From positions 79,295 to 86,808 of the forward strand of contig CAJNOU010000143.1 of NCBI GenBank assembly GCA_905252715.1: DNA of 7,514 nt. The letters are read 5' to 3'. Position 1 is the stretch's first letter. Each line of letters opens with the position of its first letter. Position numbers and translations under genes: made by a program. Under the pieces are notes generated by a model. That model did no database searches and had not been told where the DNA came from. It saw only the letters and a program-made list of their open reading frames with translations. Below are positions 1-6,363 of this stretch, in pieces. Source of the DNA: Rotaria sordida. Its lineage: Eukaryota.

Positions 1-230
1 TATTGAAAATTCATTCGGAATAACTGCTGTTTTCTGAAAACATCTGTCTTCATTGAAAAACAAATGAAATCAATACTAATTTATTGCAATCAATCAAAGA
101 ATCATAATTGTTGTAAAAAATAAAACCAATTTCATCTTTGTCACCCACTTTCAACAATAGTTCGAAATTAAAAGATTCAAACTGCTTTAGTCGATGAAAA
201 TTAGCTTTGTCATTCTATACGAGGACCGAC

Positions 231-602
231 TCATCGATCATGCGAAGGATGTTCCACATAATAGTTGAGTAACGATAGCATCTGTTTCAGTACTTTACAA
301 CAATCGACCGGTAGGAAATACACGATAGTGATTATGAGGCGAAATTCGAGTTCAATATAATGGTTTATGAGTGATGCTAAGAAAAAGAATTCAATAATTT
401 CGTATCTCCACAATTCAGAAAATGGACCGTGTGACATCATCGTTAGAGGGAAATCGTTGAAGAAATATGCAGCTATTTCTAAGAGAATTTTATCTTTGTC
501 GGCGGTCGATACAAAATTGAGTTGAACAAGTCGATGATCGAAGAAAAAGGAAGACACAAGGTCTGCCAACATATTAGCCATAATCATTTGTTTCTTCATC
601 AT
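231..602 (-). CDS. Hypothetical protein or terminal coding exon, family not recognised
   Basis: The frame is open with no stop from 707 down to the TGA at 233-231, which is 159 codons in roughly 33% GC DNA. The first in-frame ATG is at 602-600 (MMKKQMIMANMLADL...); the track's start at 605 is a GTG. Possible acceptors on the minus strand (TTATTCAG at about 614-621 and 628-635, CTACAG at 698-703) mean it could instead be the last exon of a longer gene. A minus-strand AATAAA lies at 85-80, about 146 nt past the stop. I could recall no homolog. Confidence 0.5.
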   Translation of the reverse strand: MMKKQMIMANMLADLVSSFFFDHRLVQLNFVSTADKDKILLEIAAYFFNDFPLTMMSHGPFSELWRYEIIEFFFLASLINHYIELEFRLIITIVYFLPVDCCKVLKQMLSLLNYYVEHPSHDR

Positions 603-815
603 CACGAAATATACTGAATAATTGTGTCTGAATAAGTGAGACTGATTGATTTTCAGCCATATTTTTGTCGTATATAATTGTAAACTACCATGTACAACTG
701 TAGTAGATTATCGTGTCGCGTCTTACACTATCTAATAGAACCGTTCATGACAAATATGCGCAAGACACAGGTTTTTTTCTAGATTAATTAAAAAAAAAGA
801 CTTGATTTGACTTGT

Positions 816-1079
816 TTATCTGTAGTTTACAACTATTTCGCACGATGATTGCATATCATCGTCGTTTACAATCATGAACAGTTCATCTAGATGTTGAGCT
901 ATCGAAGTTTTTGTTCCATAACTAACATGTCTCCCACATCGTACTGCTATCATAAATATGCTATATTTATTCGATGCCAAATGAGATGCAGAAACATTGG
1001 ATCTCCTACGAAAAATGAACTTTAGTAATAATCTATAGATTGACGAAGATCTTTGCTGTACGATAATGCAATTTAACAT
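816..1079 (-). CDS. Candidate ORF or exon, unknown function (weak)
   Basis: An 87-codon ATG-initiated ORF; the frame is open up to 1106. A frame of this length is about what chance predicts once per window at this composition. Two GTAAAC strings on the minus strand (869-864 and 830-825) match the donor used by NAPRT intron 3. A 52-nt candidate intron (830-779, ending T-run+AATTAATCTAG) leads into a frame that stops after 16 codons. I therefore could not build a consistent link to the 231-707 frame. Confidence 0.25.
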   Translation of the reverse strand: MLNCIIVQQRSSSIYRLLLKFIFRRRSNVSASHLASNKYSIFMIAVRCGRHVSYGTKTSIAQHLDELFMIVNDDDMQSSCEIVVNYR

Positions 1080-1261
1080 GATATTCAGACGTTTAGGGAT
1101 TAAATATTAAACTGAAACGTCTAGAAATTTAATAACATGAGTCTTTTCTAGAATTTCTCGATATGAAACAATCATTATCAGTACCCGATGCCAAACTAAA
1201 TGGCCATACGTAATCAGTGCTTCCGCTGTATCACTGACTAATGTGTCTATTATCGTTGCAA

Positions 1262-1568
1262 GTTTAATCTTTTATCGCTTTGCGTTGTTGTCTGTGTCGT
1301 CCTTATTATTTACTCTTCATACATACTTCTCTCCACTATGATTTTTCTCTCGTTGCTTGTTTTTATCTTTTCTTCCTTTTGATTAGTTTTTCTCCCGACC
1401 TCTGTTACCATATCTCGTAGCCATCTCTTGTCGATGTTGTTCCAATTTATTCTGTTTCTATTCTTTTCTTTTCTCCTATAATGGCCTTCTATTCGTATAT
1501 ACTCGTCTCTTTTCTGTTCTTCTGTTCTCTTTTTTTTCGGATTTCTCAGTTTTTTCACCCTCTCATAG
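1262..1568 (+). repeat. Strand-asymmetric polypyrimidine (T/C-rich) low-complexity block
   Basis: By direct count, 186 of the 240 nt from 1321 to 1560 are pyrimidines on the + strand (about 78%). The tract continues as T-runs to about 1620. Confidence 0.75.
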
Positions 1569-2758
1569 CGAGTGCAGCAGAAGAAATTTTCTTTTTTTTT
1601 TGTTATTAGACTATTTTTTCACATCAGATTTGATCAAACATATTTCGCTTTGTTTTTGAAAAATGGAGAATTTTTTGTTGATTTTATCGATATATCCTCT
1701 TTGAAAAAACAGATATCGAACATTCACGTTTCATAAAAAATATGGAATACTCATAGTTACCATCTGTTCCATTCTTCAACCCCTCACAGAGACTATATAA
1801 TATGTGAATTCAAAACGCCACTGCTTAGCGCTTCCCTTCAGTAAAATATAATTTTTCTTCGAGAAGAAAATACATTCACGTGATCCAAATGCAGCATGAT
1901 CAAGTATAGGAACGAAAATCTCCTTTAGATATAAAACTAAGTTTTCGAACAAAATTTTCGTATGTTAAAAGACGCGTGCACGTTATATCGAATTGTCGTA
2001 GTTGGATCCCTTTTCATTTATAGATGATAATCTCAATTTTGCCATAAAAACATACTAATAAAATCAACGCAAAAGATTATGATCGAATCTAACTTGAGAA
2101 AATAGCTTAATAAACATCGGAAATTTTCTCTGCTGTACCCGTTAGTTTTAAATAAAGTGATACCAGAAATCAATAAAATTTTTTGTTGTGTTGACGATAT
2201 TTTCATAATCGCATTGGCTGTGTTACATCTATCAATCCATTTCGAACAGAGTTTTGAAAGTAAGGAAAAAATAATTTCTGCTTTTGATCAAAATCACGCA
2301 AAAGAAAACTAGTTACTGTAGGATAATGAAAACGATATATATATAAGATAGATATTTTTTCGTGAAAACAGGATTCTTTTTACATGTTTAGATAATTAAA
2401 TTATGATTCAAACCCCAACCAATCTATTTCGTTGACCAAAGCTCAGTAGGTAAGGCGTCTTTGAATATGTTTTTTTTTTTAATAAAAAGAGAACTTTAAA
2501 GAGTCATTTGTGTATGGTAACAGGAACAATAGCTCCATATTTAGTGTCAAAAAAATGTAATATCTATCAAAATAAAATGCAGTACGCTTCTAAACATATC
2601 AAAGAGTGTATATCTAAATAGAAATGGATAGTTCTTCTTCTTTGAGTTTTCTTCACAAAATATCCGTTATTTTTTTATGAAACACGATTGTTAATGGATG
2701 GTGAAATACAATGATGTTTAGCATTATTTAGATAGAGAGAATACTTCGATGAATTTTA

Positions 2759-2971
2759 TCAATATGAACACAGAGTTTGATGAGAATATATTAAAATAGA
2801 TTCGATCTCCTTCTCTCGATCAAAAAAGAACTGATTGGCTAGGATGCCGTATCTGTGGTTGGGAAGATCATTAAAGCAATCTAACAGGGTAGAAACAAGA
2901 ACGCTTCGGAAGAGATGAGCTACCTTCGAAACTATTGAGAGTATTTGATTATTCTCGGACAGAGTGGTGGC
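2759..2971 (-). CDS. Tentative terminal exon joined to 3042-3158 by a 70-nt intron
   Basis: This is part of track ORF 2759..3016, whose start is a TTG rather than an ATG. A strong acceptor CATTTTCAG|GCC (AG = plus 2973-2972) lies 70 nt downstream of the GTATTA donor. Both junctions are phase 0, so the frames join as ..HPHSYTS|ATTLSENNQILSIVSKVAHLFRSVLVSTLLDCFNDLPNHRYGILANQFFFDREKEIESILIYSHQTLCSY*. The intron size fits the 50-67 nt NAPRT introns. Confidence 0.3.
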   Translation of the reverse strand, partial: ATTLSENNQILSIVSKVAHLFRSVLVSTLLDCFNDLPNHRYGILANQFFFDREKEIESILIYSHQTLCSY

Positions 2972-3041
2972 CTGAAAATGTTCCTTGGTAATAGTGAACA
3001 AGAGATCACGATTCAAGACTCGACCATAGCAGTATTAATAC

Positions 3042-3158
3042 GCTTGTGTAAGAGTGAGGATGATCAGCGCACCTATGACAACTTTTGTCCGCGATGAGAA
3101 AACACTGTCTTTTAGCAGCAGTTAAATGATCACAAGGAACCGCATTACTAATTAGTTT
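3042..3158 (-). CDS. Tentative internal exon of an unidentified Cys/His-rich protein
   Basis: A minus-strand open frame (3176-3009) gives KLISNAVPCDHLTAAKRQCFLIADKSCHRCADHPHSYTS between a candidate acceptor ATTCTCAG (AG = plus 3160-3159) and a donor AGC|GTATTA (GT = plus 3041-3040). The segment is exactly 39 codons and is locally richer in GC than its flanks. It is not in the supplied track because it lacks a start codon. Confidence 0.3.
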
Positions 3159-3713
3159 CTGAGAATCTTGCAGTAATTATAAATATCTCAAATTTATTTA
3201 GAGAACGACAGTGAAAACGTTTGATCAAAACTCGAAAAGTATCAGAAATGAGCTTTTGTGTTTGCATTGTGCCGAATTTGACAATGATTTAACATCCTTA
3301 ATGCAGAAAGTTGATATCGAAATACTTCTTAACAATCCTAAACATTTTTTATCACTTTCGTTTTGTTCAAATACATAAATATGAATTCGTGCACAACACA
3401 AATTTATGAATGACATGACTGTTTAAGAGAGTGTATTTAACTTCAAACAACAAGATCTGTCAATAATTATGAAAAAAAAGTAGTATTCGTCATTCGATCA
3501 TGCTTCAATTTATTGAATTTTTTTAGATAATACATATCTTTTTGTTAGCATCATTGTCGATTAGTACTGTTCAACATCGAATAAATTCCTCTCTCGAATT
3601 CAATTTAAACTCATTCAAGTATCTTAGCCAAAAAAACTTGCCATTGATACGATTCTCATTTTAGACACGTAAGATTCACATACATCCAACTTGAACAAAG
3701 AACTGAATAACAT

Positions 3714-3849
3714 ATGGCGATGACAGAACATTCAAGTGTTGTTTCACCACTACTCACTGATCTCTATCAAATTTCGATGGCCTATGCTTATTGGAAAAGT
3801 GGCAAACATCAAGAGGAATCTACATTCGATCTATTTTTTCGTAAGAATC
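3714..3849 (+). CDS. NAPRT: Nicotinate phosphoribosyltransferase, exon 1 (start codon to phase-1 donor)
   Basis: The ATG at 3714 is the first in-frame ATG after an in-frame TAA at 3708-3710; a second ATG at 3720 is an alternative start. The exon translates to [45 protein letters not shown], matching the conserved NAPRT N-terminus (PLLTDLYQ..M...YW; FELFFR in human NAPRT as I recall it). It ends before the consensus donor GTAAGT at 3850-3855. The split codon C|CG gives Pro, restoring the conserved ..PFGGEF. Confidence 0.9.
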
Positions 3850-3916
3850 GTAAGTGAATCAAATGTGTTTTCTGTGTCAAAATAAAAAGGTTCCTGTCAA
3901 ATATGTATGTGTATAG
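3850..3916 (+). other. NAPRT intron 1 (67 nt, GTAAGT...TATAG, phase 1)
   Basis: The reading frame breaks (in-frame TGA at 3855-3857) and resumes at 3917. Consensus donor and acceptor flank the gap, and removing it restores the conserved RKNPFGGEF motif. Confidence 0.88.
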
Positions 3917-4105
3917 CGTTTGGTGGTGAGTTTACATTGTTCGCTGGACTTGAAGATTGTCTAAAATTTGTACAAAATTACAAATTTCAAACATCCGACA
4001 TTGATTATCTTCGCAAAGCATTACCAGACTATATCGAAAAGGAATTTTATGATTTTCTATCGACACTTGACATGAATGATATTAGAATTTATGCAATGCC
4101 TGAAG
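3917..4105 (+). CDS. NAPRT: Nicotinate phosphoribosyltransferase, exon 2
   Basis: Translates to (P)[62 protein letters not shown](G). It is collinear with the animal NAPRT region ..PFGGAFALAAGL..ALPEG. The acceptor TATAG ends at 3916 and the donor GTAAAA starts at 4106. Confidence 0.9.
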
Positions 4106-4159
4106 GTAAAATTATGTGTTTATATACTTTCTTCTATATTCTCTTAATTTGTCATTTAG
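4106..4159 (+). other. NAPRT intron 2 (54 nt, GTAAAA...TTTAG, phase 1; in-frame and stop-free)
   Basis: ORF 3907..4464 in the supplied track reads straight through this segment, giving [18 protein letters not shown]. That 18-aa hydrophobic insert interrupts the conserved ..MPEG|SVAFP.. junction (human ..LPEGSLAFP..). GT/AG boundaries are present at 4106-4107 and 4158-4159. Confidence 0.85.
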
Positions 4160-4450
4160 GTTCTGTGGCTTTTCCTCGCTTGCCGTTGCTTCGCATCGAA
4201 GGACCTCTTCTTAAAGCACAACTACTCGAAACAACTCTTCTAACACTAGTCAATTTTGCCAGTCTAGTAGCAACGAATGCCGCGCGATTTCGCACGGCGG
4301 TAGAACCCCAAAAAATATTACATGAATTCGGTCTCCGACGTGCACAAGGTCCAGATGGAGGTCTTAGTGCCTCCAAATATTGTTATTTAGGTGGATTTGA
4401 TGGTACGTCAAATGTACTAGCTGGTAAACTATACGGAATTCCCATTCGAG
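4160..4450 (+). CDS. NAPRT: Nicotinate phosphoribosyltransferase, exon 3
   Basis: Translates to (G)[96 protein letters not shown](G). This contains the highly conserved NAPRT blocks [27 protein letters not shown] and YLGGFD..SNVLAG. Confidence 0.93.
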
Positions 4451-4500
4451 GTAAACATCTATGATAAAAAATTTGCCACTCTCCTAACTTTTGAAATTAG
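4451..4500 (+). other. NAPRT intron 3 (50 nt, GTAAAC...ATTAG, phase 1)
   Basis: An in-frame TGA at 4462-4464 follows the donor. Joining G(4450) to GA(4501-4502) restores Gly in the conserved G-T-H-A-H-A-F motif. Confidence 0.88.
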
Positions 4501-5069
4501 GAACACATGCACATGCTTTCGTTAGTTCATATCAAAATCTTGAGGAGCTGAAAGTTCGAGAATTATCCGATCGAATCACTGGTGAATCACGTCCATTTGC
4601 TCAGTTGTGCTTGAAATATCTCGATGAACTTGGTTCAATACTCAAAATCTTTCCTGACCAAACTAGCAAAGGCGAATTGGCTGCATTTATTGCCTATGCT
4701 ATCTCGTTTCCTTCTGGTTTCTTGGCTTTGGTCGACACATACGATGTTCTCAAGTCCGGTGTTCCAAATTTCTTGGCTGTCGCTCTTGCATTACACGAAT
4801 GCAATTATCAAGCACTTGGTCTTCGTTTGGACTCCGGTGACTTGGCCTATTTATCATTGAGAGTACGAGCGAATTTTGTTGAAGTTGCTCAAAAATTCAA
4901 TCTATCTTACATCGAACATTTGAATATCGTAGCAAGTAATGATATCAATGAGGATACACTACATTCATTGGAAAAACAAGGACATGCAATTGACACATTC
5001 GGTATTGGAACACATTTAGTCACATGTCAAAAACAACCTGCACTTGGTTGTGTCTATAAATTAGTCGAA
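4501..5069 (+). CDS. NAPRT: Nicotinate phosphoribosyltransferase, exon 4 (catalytic core)
   Basis: Translates to (G)THAHAFVSSYQNLEEL...ELAAFIAYAISFPSGFLALVDTYDVLKSGVPNFLAVALALHECNYQALGLRLDSGDLAYLS...NIVASNDINEDTLHSLEKQGHAIDTFGIGTHLVTCQKQPALGCVYKLVE. It is collinear with the animal NAPRT blocks GTLAHSF, LLDTY, SGLPNFLAVALAL, G(V/L)RLDSGDL, IGIGT and GGVYKLV. It ends at the phase-0 donor GTAAGT at 5070. Confidence 0.93.
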
Positions 5070-5136
5070 GTAAGTGTCTATTAGTCGAGAAAAAAAAGTC
5101 ATAAGAGTTGAAAACTATTCATTATTCTCGGTTCAG
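5070..5136 (+). other. NAPRT intron 4 (67 nt, GTAAGT...TTCAG, phase 0)
   Basis: An in-frame TAG (5082-5084) follows the donor. Splicing to 5137 gives ..YKLVE|LNGKPCIKVSQDIEKVTIPG.., which has the same length and pattern as human ..[25 protein letters not shown].. as I recall it. Confidence 0.85.
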
Positions 5137-5574
5137 TTGAATGGAAAACCATGCATCAAAGTAAGTCAAGATATCGAAAAAGTGACAATACCTGGTCGAA
5201 AGAATGTTTACCGATTCTACGATAGTAACGGTGAAGCTTTATGCGACTTGATGACTACAACTGACGAATCAGAACCGATACCTGGCACTCGAATGCTCTG
5301 TCGACATCCATTTTCTGAAACGAAACGTGCCTATGTTACACCAACAACGGTGCAAACTATGTATAAATTGTATTGGGCTAATGGTCAAATTCAACATGCA
5401 TTACCGACATGGCAAGAAGTTCGTATTTATGCCCAACAACAAATCAAAACAGTGCGTAAAGATCATCGACGAAATCTTAATCCGACGCCGTACAAGGTCT
5501 CTGTTACCGATCATCTCTATTTGTTCTTACATCGACTCTGGATGAATAGCGTACCGATTGGTGAACTTGCCTAA
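5137..5574 (+). CDS. NAPRT: Nicotinate phosphoribosyltransferase, exon 5 (C-terminal domain plus stop)
   Basis: Translates to LNGKPCIKVSQDIEKVTIPGRKNVYRFYDSNGEALCDLM...HLYLFLHRLWMNSVPIGELA, followed by a triple stop TAA TAA TAG (5572-5580). The five exons total 136+189+291+569+438 = 1623 nt, which is 540 codons plus a stop (human NAPRT is about 538 aa). All splice phases are consistent. Confidence 0.9.
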   Translation: MNGKPCIKVSQDIEKVTIPGRKNVYRFYDSNGEALCDLMTTTDESEPIPGTRMLCRHPFSETKRAYVTPTTVQTMYKLYWANGQIQHALPTWQEVRIYAQQQIKTVRKDHRRNLNPTPYKVSVTDHLYLFLHRLWMNSVPIGELA

Positions 5575-6006
5575 TAATAGAATCAAAGAACAAATGAGAA
5601 CTCAAGACTTGAACTGGAATGAACTGATTGACTGCTGTTCGTGTTTATGTACTTTAGTCTTTTTCATTTGTATTTCATCTGCTACACCTTAGAATACATA
5701 TTAGCTCTCTAGTTCATGCCTACGTATTCCTTTCTTTCTTTCTTGCCTATATTGTTATGTCGTTGATTATGTTACGTATGAGCAAAACGTATAGAATGAA
5801 GAGCAAGTTACTTTTCTAATAATAAGTGATTCTTTTTCAATTATTCATTCAAAACTTTAGAATTGTTGTATTGAAACTTCGACTAGATTATGACGAACAC
5901 CAATTACAAACGGAACAATCTATCAATCACATTAAAATTATTTCAAAATAATGTTACATTAAACAATCGATAGTATTATTATACCAAATGTACGTAGTAT
6001 AGAAGT

Positions 6007-6049
6007 AGGGTGTGGGTATGGATGTTAGTCCTCTCTTCAACCATATCCA
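6007..6049 (+). repeat. Hairpin-forming dispersed element, copy A (AGGGTGTGGGTATGGAT...CTCTCTTCAACCATATCCA)
   Basis: The left arm TGGGTATGG (6013-6021) pairs with CCATATCCA (6041-6049). That gives 9 pairs including one G.T wobble, with a 19-nt loop. Copy A aligns column for column with copy B, exactly 270 bp downstream. Confidence 0.6.
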
Positions 6050-6276
6050 TATCCAAAGTCACATCCTCAATTTAACTTTGAGAAGTGTAAAATTTTTTCT
6101 CATTTTGTAACAATTCCTCCGGAAAAATTTTCGCACATCTACAAAAAAAAACCATGTATTTTCGATTTGTGCTCAGAGAAAATGATTAAAAACAAAGCTT
6201 TTTGCTCGAAAAATATTTCAAACTCGTCGGATACGATTAAGCTATGGATAGAGAAATCCTAACGATGTACTTATGA

Positions 6277-6348
6277 AGGGTGTGGGTGTGGGTACGGGCG
6301 TACTTCTTCTCTTCATCCACACCCAGAACAACATGTACACCCACACCC
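6277..6348 (+). repeat. Hairpin-forming dispersed element, copy B, carrying TGTGGG / ACACCC hexamer tracts
   Basis: The left arm TGGGTGTGG (6283-6291) pairs perfectly with CCACACCCA (6317-6325), with a 25-nt loop. GGG(TGTGGG)2T occupies 6278-6293. Its reverse complement (ACACCC)2 occupies 6337-6348, and a single ACACCC lies at 6319-6324. GGGTGTGGGTGT (6278-6289) is also a perfect 12-bp inverted repeat with 6337-6348. Confidence 0.65.
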
Positions 6349-6363
6349 AAGGGGGAAAAAACT

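Noticed and set aside
1310-1558. An 82-aa minus-strand K/R/E-rich ORF.
   Set aside because: It is GTG-initiated and sits on the purine-rich complement of a 78% pyrimidine tract. T-containing stop codons are rare there by composition, so I treat it as low complexity rather than CDS, with residual uncertainty.
1975-1982. A CpG-rich palindrome, CGTGCACG, next to ACGCGT, plus a CACGTG E-box at 1877-1882 and TATATAA at 1794-1800.
   Set aside because: These are isolated short motifs with no adjacent gene model. Each is expected by chance, and there is no basis for calling a promoter.
2438-2480. AAGCTCAGTAGGTAAGGCG, which resembles a tRNA D-arm or Pol III box A, followed by an 11-T run (2470-2480).
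   Set aside because: I could not fold a cloverleaf from it. There is no acceptor-stem complement, no T-arm or box B (GGTTCGANNCC), and the box A match has two mismatches. It is most likely chance, or at best a decayed tRNA-derived fragment.
2868-2885. A shared F-N-D-(F/L)-P motif in the 231-605 and 2759-3016 minus-strand translations, which could suggest paralogy.
   Set aside because: The similarity does not extend beyond five residues when the flanks are aligned by eye, so it is too weak to claim a family.
3225-3416. A 63-aa ATG-initiated minus-strand ORF about 300 bp from the NAPRT start.
   Set aside because: Its length is within chance expectation for this composition, there is no recognisable motif, and there is no convincing donor linking it to downstream frames. 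I kept it only as a possibility under the head-to-head gene finding.
3907-3916. The ATG start of track ORF 3907..4464 (MCIA...) and its KHL* end at 4451-4464; also the MKLG start of ORF 4491..5084 and the SVY* end at 5070-5084.
   Set aside because: These ends are intronic read-through. The conserved NAPRT sequence continues only when the GT..AG introns are removed.
4152-4376. A 74-aa minus-strand ORF antisense to NAPRT exon 3.
   Set aside because: It lies entirely within the most conserved and locally most GC-rich NAPRT exon. An Arg/Ser/Pro-rich translation is typical of an antisense shadow ORF.
4624-4860. A 78-aa + strand ORF inside NAPRT exon 4, and likewise a 72-aa ORF at 5327-5545 inside exon 5.
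   Set aside because: Both are off-frame relative to the strongly homology-supported NAPRT frame. I see no independent support for overlapping genes.
5161-5166. A perfect consensus donor, AAA|GTAAGT, inside exon 5.
   Set aside because: The sequence after it (VSQDIEKVTIPG) aligns residue for residue with the animal NAPRT segment [13 protein letters not shown], so it is coding. At most it is a cryptic donor.
5575-5830. A search for the NAPRT polyadenylation signal.
   Set aside because: There is no canonical AATAAA within about 250 nt of the stop. Only AATAAT/AATAAG-like variants occur, for example around 5818-5826, so no poly(A) site is called.
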